Shown one piece after another: positions 1 to 12,671 of a stretch of DNA of 64,000 bases. The stretch's first letter is position 1. Each line of letters starts with the position of its first letter. Both the position numbers and the translations under genes were made by a program. Origin of the DNA: Podarcis tiliguerta (Eukaryota); the NCBI GenBank assembly GCA_965153285.1, contig OZ229112.1. One strand, given 5' to 3'. The notes below the pieces were generated by a model, which saw nothing but the letters and a program-made list of their open reading frames with translations, did not search any database and was not told the DNA's origin.

Positions 1-752
1 ATCTGGAATGCCTGCCTCAGTAGTTATGTAGCACATTAAATATATTAAACCTTCTACATTGTCATACAAACCTTCCAGAGTAGGTCACAATGATTCTTAT
101 TCTTAGAGAGAAAGTAGGGTGACTAAATGAATGCACAACAAATTTCAATTTTGAATCTGGTTCCCAAATAATCCAAAGGGGAAGATGCTGGATTGAGATA
201 TACCTTGCATTTTGGAGACATTCAGTTTAATGAGGGACACAATTATTTGTTACATGGAGGCCAACTGCTAAACCACTAGACCTGGTGAGGAAAAGGATAT
301 ACATTTGTCCGTTTCGCAAACAGACTAAACAAACATTGGTACTCCCAGGATGTACAGTTAACATTTGACGTGGAGGCTGTCAAAGTATCTTTTGTATAGA
401 AATGGAAAGAAACTCCCTTTCATTGATTACAGCTTATTTCATTCTTTGTGTTTCCTCTCGGCAGGAGCAATAAATGAAAGAGACATTTATTTTAGTTTGA
501 GAGTTATTTGTTGGACAATTTAATTTCTGCAGGGTAAATGTTGGAGAGAGACAGAGAGCAGCAAAGGCAGAGGGGACCTTGTTGCTCTCCCTGTTCTTAA
601 ACACAGTGTAGGTGATGCTGGAGAAACAAAACCAGCCAGTTATAAAGCTCAATGAGATTTAAATAGTAACTTTGTGTTGACTAGTTAAATAGCAATTTGC
701 ACTCTTATCTGTTCTACTGTATTTGAAATGTGTCACAAGCCACCTCAATAAC

Positions 753-840
753 TAATAATAATAATAATAATAATAATTTTATTATATTATTATTTATTAT
801 ATTATTTATTATCATTTATTATAATTTATTAATAATAATA
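753..840. repeat. (AAT)n/(ATT)n microsatellite tract, tail of adjacent L2
   Basis: aataataat... followed by degenerate attatt... runs. Confidence 0.9.
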
Positions 841-1020
841 ATTTATTATTTGTACCCCGCCCATTTGGCTGGGTTTCCCCAGCCACTCTGGGCGGCTTCC
901 AACAAAGATGAAAAATACACTAAAATGTCACATATTAAAAACTTCCCTGAACAGGGCTGCCTTCAGATGTCTTCTGAATGTCAGGTAGTTGTTTATCGCT
1001 TTGACATCTGATGGGAGGGC
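841..1020 (-). mobile_element. 5'-truncated L2-clade LINE 3' end (lacertid-type)
   Basis: ccccgcccatttggctgggtttccccagccactctgggcggcttccaaca...aacttccctgaacagggctgccttc is the reverse complement of the copy at 21698-21858 and has an AT microsatellite tail. Confidence 0.75.
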
Positions 1021-1030
1021 ATTAGTAAGA

Positions 1031-1067
<37 letters not shown>

Positions 1068-1076
1068 GTTGTTGTT
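1031..1076. repeat. (ATT)n-(GTT)n microsatellite
   Basis: Read directly from the sequence. Confidence 0.9.
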
Positions 1077-2308
1077 AGAATTATAAATACTACTAAATAA
1101 AAAATACGTATATTGTGCTTGGGATAATAAATAAAATTCATAACATGCAGCCCAGAGATATAAATGATAAAACCTGAAATTTCAGTTCCGTATAATTTCT
1201 ACATTACAACAGAACCAAATTCAGTGCAATGTATGATAATGCTAATTCTACCTACAGGCCAATTTCTGTCTTCTCACATGATACACAATTTGCTGAAGGA
1301 TCCATCTCTGTTTAAATCAGTAACACTTTTTTTGCTCCTCACACCGAAGTTTCACAGAAACTACATTTTCTGTTGCATTTGATCTGACAGCTTCCCTTAA
1401 ATTCATCAAAGACGATATCAGTGGCAGCCAAGGGAGTAAAAAAGTCAGCAGAATTGATTTGTTGGAAAATTGGAGAGTGGCAGCCTAGACTGTGGGCATG
1501 AGGCTCTGCTGTTGCTTGTCAGACCATCTAACAAGAGGCGATTTTCTGACTGTCGTATAATATCACTTATGTTGCTTCCTTTACCACAGTAGAATGCTTT
1601 CTCCTTGAGTCCACGGGTGGGTCATCTGCGCTCATAAAGTAAGATCAGATTCACTCTCTCAGTGACTGCTGCATCTTTATTTCTTCTTAAAAGGCAAAAA
1701 GTAGGGGAAGCCAGGGGAAGCCACAGAACCATGAAAATTCACATGCCCTTCAGTTCAAATCATTCAGGGTTGTAAATCTTTGAAGCTGCTGGCAAATACC
1801 TGCTCTGTAGTGAATGTGCCACTGAGATCCTGTTCTCTGCTCTATCAATGTAAGATATTATGTTGACTGCTACGCCAAAGACATTACTTCTGGGCAGTGG
1901 GTCCACACTTCTGGAATGCTGTCCCCCATGAAATATGAGTGTCTTCAAATTTTCTGAAGATTTCAAGATGGGAAAATGAAAAAAAAAATTCATTCCCCCA
2001 TTTTTCCTTTTTGATGTGTTAATTCCTACTGTTCAAGGGGTTGTAATGTACTTTTGATTGTATAGTTATTGTGGTTTGTTGTCTTTTTATTAAATTGTGC
2101 ATATTGCCTCGGAGGGAGGGGCAACTGTGTTCCATAAGGTGGTCAGGCAATAAATAAATAAACACACTAAAACCTAATCGTTTTTAGTGGGGTTGGGTAC
2201 ACTTCTAAGGGCCTCCAGGTTTTGCCCTGTATATTAGGATTAAAACATGAGTGGTCGCCCCCCCCCCACGCGCGCTTTGTGGCAAAGGAAAAATAAGTTT
2301 TATTCTCA

Positions 2309-2725
2309 ATAGGATGGGTGAATAGGTCACTTTCCGTTCCTGCAGTGTCTCATTTTTACAATTTTCGGTTCAGTTTTCCACATTTCTACATTAGTTTCTG
2401 GTTTGTTTGTTTTTTAAAAAAATCTCATAAAATGTGCAAATTTCTCCTACTACCCATTTGTGTGTGCAGTTTTGCATATTGTACACATTGATGCAAAACA
2501 ATTTCCCATCATATCATGCATTTTAGTGTGTTATTTTCAGTAGTATATGCATTTATATGCACACTCATCACTAGTATGTGCATTTTTGTGCCCGGTGATC
2601 GGCTGCAGAACTGCATTGCAAGGTTTGAATAAGTGAATTTCAAAGGATAGGTGTGTTCACCAATGGCTTTGGAAAATGAAAAAAAGTTTGCTTTTAAATG
2701 TGAACTGAATTGAATTTCCTGATTT
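2309..2725 (+). mobile_element. Degraded non-autonomous interspersed repeat ('tagggatggg' terminus family)
   Basis: Shares cacatttctacat and tgcagttttgc blocks with the inverted copy at 22680-23036; a weaker third copy lies at about 51061-51440. Confidence 0.55.
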
Positions 2726-3299
2726 CCATGATTATCAGAAGTTCAGATATGAGACGACTTCTATGTCATTGCCTTGGCAAAGTGCTGCAAGAATCACAGG
2801 ATCCAAGCTAATGACTGCTGAACTGTCCACAGGGAGATGCTGGTTCACAAATTGTGTCTCTGAATGAATGAGCCCAGCTGGGGCCTATATAATATCATGT
2901 CACACAACCTTAATATTTGCCTACTGGTGTCTCAGAACAAAATCAACATATTTATTTTGTTTTTGCAATGGCCTTGGACACTATAATTCTTTACCTATAA
3001 TTATTTTGAGAGATTGTTGGTTTGAAATTGGGACCGTAGAGATTCGTTCTCCAAAGAAAATGAAGAATTCAGTCTTGGTAATTAGGCTCTGCACAATCCT
3101 ATGTATCTAGACCATCTAACCAATTCCCAGTAGCTCTTAATGAGATTGAGACTTTTTAAATGTACATATACATAGAGTTGGGGTTCCCAGTGTAGCTCTT
3201 GTGTGTGCAATGGCACCCTTGAGAGCGTCCTCTGCTACCCCCTGCTCACTGCTGCCATTGTTTTGAGGTGGCAAGGGTGATCGTCCCATTTAAAAGCTC

Positions 3300-3430
3300 T
3301 CTGGGTATCATTGGAGCAATCATTTTCCTAGCCACACCTACCTCACAGGGTTGTTGTGAGGATAAAAGGAGGAGGAGGAAAACATTCCAATTTGAGCTAT
3401 TTAGAGAGAAAGTAAATGTAATAATAAATT
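3300..3430 (+). mobile_element. MIR/Ther1-like SINE fragment
   Basis: CORE-SINE-like motif cctacctcacagggttgttgtgaggataaaa with an AT tail. Confidence 0.55.
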
Positions 3431-4469
3431 AGTGAATTATCACATAGCTAGATTTGCTGATATACCTCATGCCTGTGTGCCCTCCTTTATCTCCTTTTAC
3501 AGATGTTAAAACGAGGTACTGCAAAAGCCCATTCTGTACGTATTTCCTATAGCTATAAGAAAAAACAGTATGATAGAAAATTGGCATTCCTGGAGCGTTA
3601 ATACTGTTCTGTTAACAACTGCCAGAGCAAGTAATTCATCATGCCTCGCCATTGGGAAGCCAGAAGATTCATTTCTGAATAATCAGTGGCAAAAAGAACC
3701 AATAAATAATAATATTTAAAAGGTCATTGTAAAGAAGAGATAGAATGTGATTGTCCCCTTCCCCCTTTTTTCTAAAGCCTTTTATGTGAGAATTAGTCAA
3801 GAATTTATGGCAAAATGTAGAGACAATCTGAAATTGCCTTTCATACCATTTTGCACTTATTATGAATATTTATTTGGTTTGCCCTTTATGGCAAGTCTGC
3901 AACTCAAGAACATGCAGGGGAGTGAATTGAGAAATGGTCCTTAACATCGTCTCTTTTGAGGCATTCTAATACTTTAAGATAGTTTAAAAAATAAAAAAGT
4001 ACCACACCCAGGATTTCACAGGTGAGCTTGAAATGAAGCCAAGTCAATCAGTGACGAGAACACCCGATGATATGATTCTCTGTAAGCCAAGACAGCTTCA
4101 TAGAAGATCCCGATTTTAGCTACTAATTGTCCATGTTTCATCACACCTGCAAAGAGCCTCGTTAAATCAACAGCATCACAAATTTTTGAAGCATCCAGAT
4201 TTTTGAGGCCTTAGTCTTTTCAACAATCACTACACATCTCACATCTGGACGGGTGGAACTCCTACAACTTCTTATTAGCCGTAGATAGAGTGAAATCTCT
4301 GTCCCCATTTACGAAACAGAAACCCAACCAAAACAACAGGATTCTTTTGTGGCAGCAAACACCATGTTGTGCAGTAGAGAGACTTACTTACAATGAGATT
4401 CATCATATTTTTATGGTCCTCCCAAGTGATGATGGCTACAAATGCTAGTTCTGCTTACTACCTTTTTGT

Positions 4470-4612
4470 ACCTCCTCCAAAAATGTTAGGACAATGTGCA
4501 GGGTTTTCTCCCATATTATCCTCTCAAAAATACTCTGAGGTAGAGATTGTCACTGGCCCAAAGGTCACCCAGCAGACTTAATGGCTGATCAGGAATGTGA
4601 ATCTTCTCTTCC
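4470..4612 (-). mobile_element. MIR/Ther1/Squam3-like SINE fragment
   Basis: actggcccaaaggtcacccagcagac matches actggcccaaggtcacccagcagc in the SINE at 47240-47505. Confidence 0.55.
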
Positions 4613-5769
4613 CCTCCCCCTTACTCTTTCTGCTTATCAGAGTTTGGGATTAGGAAGTGGATAGACAGCTGTGCTTGTGCAGGCATCTGAAATGTTATTT
4701 TAATAGTATGAAGTACAAAGTCTGCCACTTGAATAATAACAAGCCTCAGATGAAGGAGGAATCGGAAAGAAAGAGATCTGAAGCTGAACATAGGATTATC
4801 GAGAGTCAGAAATACAGCTATAAAAATGGAACATAAAAATCCATCAATGTATTAATTAGGTGTTATGCTTTTAACAGGGCAGAGAAGTATTAAAAGCATT
4901 CTTAATAAGGATGATTAAAAGCACATATTTTTAATCATCTTTATTAACCACAGAAGTATGAGAGTTGTAAGTGGCATCACCAGGTAGGGAAGATGAGGCA
5001 TTCTTGCTTCTTTACCTGCCACACAAAGAAACCGTACTAACAAGATAGGCATCTACAACTTTTCAGAGTGTCACTTAGCCCATTCCCAGCACTGACAAAT
5101 GTCCTTGTGTTGGCTGTGTCTGGAAGTGCTGGTGATACAGGAGCATGAATGCTGTTGTGGCCCAACTGAACTAGGCTGGAAAAAAAATCTCATCAACTCT
5201 TTTCCATATGGCAATAACAATTCCGAGTTGCATCAGTCAAAATAAAGCTTCAGTCTCTATGCAAAATCAATATTTTGCCTATGTACATTACTCTAGGCCT
5301 AGAGGCAAAAGACTTGCTTGCTAGGCTGGGATTTTAATTTAATCTTTGACAGATTTTGTTACTGAACATGTTCTGTAAATCACATTGGTCCCACTCACAT
5401 TGGTGCATATTTCATTGTAAATAAATCACACTGGGAAGTGTTTTGAATTGCAAACAGAATGGGATTAGCCACTGCCTTTTGGGGGTTGTTATTGTTTCTG
5501 CTCACAGCCCTAAACAGAGATCAAATGAGCACTGGAAATTCCAAGGATTAGGTGCCTTCCAACAAATTTCACTGCAAACGCCAGAATTTTAATTTTTATT
5601 TAGCTGGTGGCTTCACAGATAACCTTTGGAAGGCAAGCGGCTTAGGCTGCTGAGGCCCAAAGATGCAGCCTTGGCCTCAATCCAAGCTGCCCTCTCTTAG
5701 GGCAGCAAAAGTCGCTCAACACAAGGCATGCCATACACTTGTTCTAATAAAGAACAAGTGTATGCCATG

Positions 5770-5895
5770 GAGGGTTATTGGTTTGTTTTTGTTTTTTTAA
5801 ATGTGTTTTGTGTTCTCATTTTGTATTTTTACGTTGTGCACTGCCCTGTGATCTTTGAATGAAGGGCAGTATACAAATTTAATAAATAATAAATT
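5770..5895 (+). mobile_element. Older L2-clade LINE 3' tail
   Basis: tgtgcactgccctgtgatc...gaagggcagtatacaaatttaataaataataaa; same family as 25680-26180, 40235-40655 and 53888-54056. Confidence 0.55.
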
Positions 5896-7427
5896 ATTGC
5901 CTATTAGGGATGTTTGCTGCTGATCTTGGAAAAAAACATTTGGTGACAGGGTGGTGGGATAGCCAGTACAGAAATACTGCTGCTATTCTGCTTTGCTATT
6001 TTCCTGGTTGTGCTATTTTCCAAAGTATATAATCTTACCCAATGAAACAGGAAAAGTGGCTACAGCTGTTAATACTGGTCATTGACTGTAAGAAATTGAT
6101 TGATTGACTACAGCTGTCACCAGGCTGTTGAGAATTGTTTTTGTCTCTTCTCTCTCTCCTCCTACCCTTGACATTGTTCCTCATTTTTCAGACTTTAGCA
6201 TCAGTGCTGGTCAACATGCAGTTTTAAACGTATGTATTAAAACATTGTGTGCTTGGGATTAAATGTTTTCTTGCTCAGGTGTTAGCATGTTGAGCTAGCA
6301 GTCTTAATCATGGGTCTTCCATTCTGCAACTGGAATTGCAGTGGAAGGGAAATTAAGTGTTCAACTCCATCACTACCATGTATTGAGCAGACTGGAAGTC
6401 TGGATGTATTTGAGTATATAATGTCAGCAATGTTTAATACTGTACATGGCAAGGCTTGCAGGCAGTGATCCTTGTTGTGTTTCTGGGGGTGCTATAAACA
6501 CCCGAGGGTGTGCCTGTTTTCATTAATGAAAAGTTGGGAGATGAAGTGCTAATTGAGGGACTACTGGAAATGAGTTTTCTAGAACTGATGTGATCACTTT
6601 TCTCCTTCCCTCATTTTTTTGGCAGGAGACTGATTGGTGGATGTGTGAAGCTGTGGTCCAGTAGCACAATGTTAAAGCAGAGAGAGTGTTTCTTGATGCG
6701 GCTTTGCTTGTGGAACACCAGGTGACTGGATTGCTTTTTATGAGGCCAAATCCGAGTGTTTTGGCCTTACCAATATACATAGCTGAGGATGGGAGGAAAT
6801 GTAGATTTGGTCATCATCTTAGTCCTTCCCAGCAATCTTTTGTTTAGATCCCCACAGTGGTATCAACCAGTGATCTTGTAGTAAATAGTAACCTTACTGG
6901 TAAAATCTTTTAATCCCTTAAAATGTCTATTACTTGACTCTTACTTCCTTGGGGAATCATTTAATTAGCCAGCCTGTGGTGGAATCAGCAAGAATCCAAT
7001 TCCTATTGGATGTTTAAGGCAGTGCTGGCTCTCATATGCACATTTCCTAAAGTAACTTTGTAATACTGCATTATTCGCCGGCAAAAACCTGCTCCAGAAA
7101 CCTGTGGGAAGGAACCAAGTTTTTTCACTGAAGGAAGACTTCCAGGGAAGCACAAGAATTGGTAAGATAAAAGTAAACATTTAATGCCACTATATTTTGA
7201 TATCTTTTAAACATCATATCTTTGACAATATGTTTCACACCTCATATACCACAAAAGGTAAGAGATTCTTTTTTTAAACCAGCAAACAGTGAACTTTACA
7301 TTTTAATGGCAAAAGGCTTGACATATTCATTCAATCAGTTTCCATTTTGTGTGTGTTTCTCGGTTACTTTTCCATTCTTGTCCTACTGCTGTCTGGGTCC
7401 ACCCCCTCCCTGTTGGTTCTTTTTCCA

Positions 7428-7796
7428 GCAAAGCGGAGGTGAGGAACCTCAGAGGCTCTGGGGTCAAGTGCTGCCCCCCAGCCCACTCTGTCTGGCTCCC
7501 AGGACTCTTCTCAGGCCACATCCCCTCGCTCTAGGCCAACCCTCGCCAGCCCTCCTTGAGTGATCTTGCTTGACTGGAATGGGTCTTTGAACCCCGACAA
7601 TGGCTCTTGGTTGCCTGGATCAAGGACTGGTGGGTACATTTGCATGGAAGCTAGCATGTACAAAGGTAACATTTACATTTGTCTCTTCGGCCACTTTTGT
7701 CTCTGGCCCCACCCATTGCTGGCATGTGGCTGACCCCCTGGAAGGTTGCACAGATGGGAATGTGGCTCTGGGTCTGGAAGAAGTCCCCCACCCCTG
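7428..7796. mobile_element. hAT-like non-autonomous DNA transposon (MITE), degraded
   Basis: Ends in ...gtcccccacccctg (a CAGGGGTGGG-type TIR), has a degenerate left end gcggaggtgaggaacct and a GC-rich interior. Confidence 0.45.
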
Positions 7797-8228
7797 TAAT
7801 GGAGCTTAGGTGATATAGCAGACGATTTGTGTGTAGATCTGTCTTCTTGTGGAACTTCTCGTGACTGACTCAGTAGAAGTGATTCCCCCTAGCAGGGGTC
7901 TCTCTCCAACCTTACGTGACTTTATTATACCACGGTTACTATGGAAAAGGACATAGCCACAGACAGAATGAAATGGATTCAGCAAATGTACACTTCAATG
8001 CATAGCACTTAGATAAGCATTTCCAATCATGATGGTTAAATAAATTATAAAGTACAAGCAATTCTATAAAGCAAGAACATCCTGAGTTTACAAATAAATT
8101 ATGTCCTTCATACGTCAAATAGGTGATGGATGTCAGATAGCAGTTTCAGCTAGGGAAATTGGGGAAGGAGCTGAAATTTAGAAAAAGTAGTATCTATGTG
8201 TACATAAAATCTTTAGGCGAGTGAGTGT

Positions 8229-8234
8229 TTTATT
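8229..8234 (-). terminator. Candidate distal polyadenylation signal (long 3' UTR isoform)
   Basis: The minus strand reads ...ttatatattgtataatatgcgtgtgaatgggtatctgAATAAAacac..., an AU-rich, UGUA-containing context typical of UTR ends, about 4.7 kb after the stop. Confidence 0.3.
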
Positions 8235-11130
8235 CAGATACCCATTCACACGCATATTATACAATATATAAGGTGGCTAAATTCATATAGAGAGTATATG
8301 TCATATAGATATAGCTGAAACTGCTTTAAGCACCACTTTTATTACCATCATTTTATTATAAAGTATGCTCCAAAGTTGAGTAGGGCCACTCAAAGTTTTA
8401 CAAAATGCATCCTCTCCTTCATCCTTGGGAGAGGTTGAAAAGTCAGTTTGAATGGGTGTTGCTTGGGCTCAAATAACCTACCATGGATTTTTCCTGCAAC
8501 AGGAACATCTTAGACCACTTTGATCAAACAGGCTGGAAGTTCATGCTTGAATCTGAGTACCAGGAATTCAGTGGCAAAAGGTATTCTCAAGATGGTACGT
8601 AAAAGAAGTTCATATCAACTCCATTGGCAAATTTGTGGCCAAGTTTGGATAGTCTGACAACAGAAGTTTGAGAACCATGCCACATCTGCTTAGTTGGCCA
8701 AAGGCAGATGCTCCAATAAAATAAAATAAAAATTTTCACCTGGAAATAGTTTAGAAAAAAATCGGTTGCTCTCATTTCTTGACTATTAGCTAGAGCAGAG
8801 GAAAAATTCTATGAAGCATCATGGGTGCTCGGCTATTATTTTGCAACCTTCATGCAAGGTGGAAGTTATTAGCTAAAAATTAGTTAGGAAATTGTCGAAT
8901 GAGCCAAAGAATCACAGCCAAGGCTTTTCTGGCCTCTGCAGCGTATGATCGCCAAGTGCAGTCACCAGAGCATATGGGCCACTGCTTTCCCCGCTGACAT
9001 CTGTGGTAGCGAGTTACCATTTAATGAGAGTTTGCTTAATGTTTTACATGTTGCTTATGATCAACAATTACCATTTTAGATGTTGCTTGCATGTGTCTTT
9101 CATCATATATGCCATTTGCCATAGGCACATCACTGTTCCATGCCTTGATGCCAAAATGTCTGTGGTACAGCTCTTTCCCTCAACATAGATCAGGGAAATA
9201 TTTTGTGAGCTAATTTAGCTCATCTGCTTTCCTTCAGTCCTCTGCCAATTAGAGAAGGCCTGCATGGGGGCTCAAAAGGCACAGGGGTGTTGTTTCATTT
9301 TATAAGGAGCAAATAGTCACTCTCCACATTATCTGTTTATATTATACATATAGTGGCAGAGTTAATCCTAGAGGTCTAGAGTGCACCTGACCTTAAATTA
9401 TTGACACCTAAATGCATTTTTCTATTTATTTTTATAAATGTTTAAACCATTTTTCAAAGGTTTATACGAGGCAACTACAGCCACACAGCTTTATAGGCAG
9501 GAGAACATGCATAGATAATAACACAGCCCTCGTTTTAAAATATAGTTTCTATAAAATACAGTGGCATAAATGGCCAGCCTGCTGGTGAGTGGGGACTGTA
9601 AAGGTTTTATGGACAGAGTTTTGCAATGAGCGTCATAAGTTATGCCTTGCTGCTTGTAAGTAGCTGCCCTAACTCAAACACATAAAACATAGCTGTACCA
9701 CCACACAGATTTCCATCAGTTTATCTATGCACCCTCTTAACCTTATTGTTTTTAACTCAGGAAAGTGAGAAGAGGTGTGTGCTTTGGCTGTTACTTGTTT
9801 TCTAATATCAGTGTTTAGGAATACAAATAAGGAAAATTGGGGGGAGGGTTTGTTTGACATGGACAGCAAACAAAAAAATACCATCCTAATCTACAACATT
9901 GCATATGATGTGGACATATGAATGGTATTTCCACCATCCTCCTCTACCCCTCAGGAGCTGCATTTTGCCCCATGGGGAAAATAGTTTCAGATGTTTTCTA
10001 TGTTTAGAAAATAGCTTGGGGGAAAGTGTTACATTCCCCAATTCCCAAAGAGGAAGCATTGGGGCACCCAACCACCTTTAGCCTTTTAAGACACTGCCCA
10101 ATCCTCCATCATCACATCTCATTTGACCCTAGGATTTTGTGCTTCCAAGTTATGCCTGTAATTCAGCAAGTGACACTTGCACATGATGCCACCTTGGTTT
10201 GATCTAGCGAACTTATCTTAAGCAGGCACCAAGAGGCCATGAAGTAGCTTTGCAAATGTTGCAAGCTTGGGCCTTGGGAAATTACCTTACTTGCAAATAT
10301 TTATTTTGCAGGAAATTTCAAGGAACGTGAAGGCGGGTCAGAAGAAAGTGAGGTGAGAACATATTTCAGAGGAAGATCAGAATTTTACCATTGTTATAAA
10401 AGACTTGGTTCATGCACTTGGATCAGGTAGGAAAGACCACATGTTTTTAGGGCCAGGCTTTTGGTAGTCTTTGTCTGTCTTCACAGGACACAGAGCTGAT
10501 GTGAGACATTTGTGCCATTGATGTTGTACTGAGATTTCTCTAATGACTCATGAATAATCTGATGAACTTTTAATAATGCAGTTGTGAAGGTAAATTGTGA
10601 TACCAGTTGCTTAATATTTCTGAATGCCTTGTTTTGTGTCTCTCAATAACTTACTGAAAAAGAGAAAAGCTGGATCAAGTGGCTTCTCATCTTGGCATGA
10701 CTACTAAAAATAAAATTGGCAAATTTTGGAGTTTGTTGATGGAAGTGTTTTGAAGAGATAGTGGAAGATGTTTATCAAGCAGAGATGCAATCAGGTGTTG
10801 CTCATTTAACTCTCCCCCTTTGAAGTATTATGTTCTGATCCATAATATATGTACATGTATACAGAAGCAGTCCTCCTCGTCCCCATCCCTAGCCTGATAG
10901 AGAATCAAATATGGCAAAAAAAAGTGTCTCCTACCCAATCCAGCAGATGGAGCAGTACATATGCTGGTTCAATTCTTTAAAAATGTTTCTCACAGATCAG
11001 AAAGGAGAAAGGGGGCTGGATTCATTTTTTGCAGATCTACTTTTTCTACTGAGCAGGTTTTGCAGCTTTTTAAAAGGGCTGTTTGTGTATTGGTGCTGTG
11101 ATGTGTATTGATGTGCATCTAAACACAATA

Positions 11131-11413
11131 CATAGAATCATAGAATCATAGAATCATAGAGTTGGAAGAGACCACAAGGGTCATCGAGTCCAACCCCCTG
11201 CCAAGCAGGAAACACCATCAGAGCACTCCTGACATATGGTTGTCAAGCCTCTGCTTAAAGACCTCCAAAGAAGGAGACTCCACCACACTCCTTGGCAGCA
11301 AATTCCACTGTCGAACAGCTCTTACTGTCAGGAAGTTCTTCCTAATGGTTAGGTGGAATCTTCTTTCTTGTAGTTTGTATCCATTGCTCCGTGTCCGCTT
11401 CTCTGGAGCAGCA
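11131..11413 (-). mobile_element. Young CR1 LINE, 5'-truncated 3' end
   Basis: (catagaat)n = reverse (ATTCTATG)n CR1 tail. Encodes the CR1 ORF2 C-terminus [52 protein letters not shown]. Confidence 0.93.
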
Positions 11414-11419
11414 TGTCCT

Positions 11420-11670
11420 CCTTGATCATACAAATGGTCTATCTAGTCCAGCATCCTGTTTCTCATGGTGCTCAACTGGAAGTCTCTGAGAAGCAGGGCA
11501 TGAAGACTTACCTTGTTGTGGCTTCAGCACCTGGTATTCAGTGCCTACTGACCTCTCAACTGAAAGGTTCCCTATAGCAATCTTGACTACTTTCCATGAA
11601 TTTGCCTAATCCCTTTTAAATCCATCCCAACTAGAGGCCACCACCACACCTGATTGCTGTAAATTCCACA
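11420..11670 (-). mobile_element. Older CR1-clade 3' fragment ((TTCTTATG)n-tail family)
   Basis: atctagtccagcatcctgtttctca matches the copies at 18785-18945 and 23291-23432. Confidence 0.5.
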
Positions 11671-12292
11671 AACTAGAAGGATGCTGGTCTGATCTACCAT
11701 AACCATTCCAATGTTCATAGACCCAGAGCCATAACAGGTAGGGAATCATTTGCAGTATCTCTGTAACCAAATGAAGGCAGCTCTAGGACAAACCTAGACA
11801 CACCTAGAAAAAAAGAGGCAGTGGTCAATCAACATCACTGGTCTTCAACTGGTGGACTGAGATGTGCTAGTGGGTTAACAGGAGCACCACCACCATGCAA
11901 ATATAAGTTAAAAGATTAAGAAATTGGTCCCCAAATTCATATTTGGGTTAAAAGTGGATCCTGGGTCTGAAAAAAATGAAGATACCTGGTCAACATAATC
12001 TAAGTAATTATCTTCATTTGAGCATCCATGAAAACTGGTGGTGTAAATACCACAATCTTAGTACAAAAAAGTAACAGTCAACAAAAAAAATCAGTGAAGA
12101 CTTCTGTTTTCCTAGTGATGTCAACTGAAGTCTTGTTATTTTGCCAAAAACTTCACATTTATGTTCTTTAATAACAAAGTGGACCTCTCTTCCATTACTA
12201 TCAAATATTTTGGGTTTCATGTACACTGTTTAATATCTTTTTTCTCTTTGAGTGGCCTTACTCTTGTGTGTAACAATAAATGACAGTTAACA

Positions 12293-12298
12293 TTTATT
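12293..12298 (-). terminator. Candidate proximal polyadenylation signal AATAAA for KIF26B
   Basis: Plus-strand tttatt, about 620 nt after the stop. The minus strand reads AATAAAtgttaactgtCAtttattgtt, a CA followed by a U/GU-rich tract. Confidence 0.6.
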
Positions 12299-12453
12299 TA
12301 TATGCTGTATCGGTTAAGAAATATCTCTACAAACACAAGTTACGTAGAAACAGCAAGTCAGAAATAGGATAAAACACCGAGGGAGGGGAAAACAGGCTGT
12401 AAATACATTTCAGAAAATGTGTTTTGATTTTTTGTCTTTTACTTTTTCTTGAC

Positions 12454-12461
12454 TAGCACCA
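12454..12461 (-). promoter_or_regulatory. miR-29 family 8mer site (TGGTGCTA)
   Basis: Plus-strand TAGCACCA = minus-strand TGGTGCTA, inside the 3' UTR. Confidence 0.6.
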
Positions 12462-12511
12462 TCTGTACACAAGAAAGTATGAACATAAATGTTTGGATAA
12501 TAAAGATTTGC

Positions 12512-12518
12512 AAGGCAC
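12512..12518 (-). promoter_or_regulatory. miR-124 7mer-m8 site (GTGCCTT)
   Basis: Plus-strand AAGGCAC, inside the 3' UTR. Confidence 0.45.
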
Positions 12519-12561
12519 TTAAGACAGTCTTCCTGTGTATTCTTACTTCAATGGTGCTCTC

Positions 12562-12568
12562 AGCAGCA
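12562..12568 (-). promoter_or_regulatory. miR-15/16 family 7mer-m8 site (TGCTGCT)
   Basis: Plus-strand AGCAGCA, inside the 3' UTR. Confidence 0.35.
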
Positions 12569-12671
12569 GTCGATCCTACATCTGCTCTTCCTCCCTCTAC
12601 AGCTATTGTTGAGGGGTAAAGTCACTTCTGCCAGCAGTTCCTATTTACAAACATGTCCTTAAAGATTTCTC

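Noticed and set aside
730-1011. Hydrophobic, membrane-like ORFs here and at 21750-21967
   Set aside because: They are translations of AAT/TAT/TAC microsatellites plus L2 tails.
1-12200. 3' exons of the convergent neighbour SMYD3 (syntenic in mammals)
   Set aside because: No SMYD3-like peptide was recognised on the plus strand.
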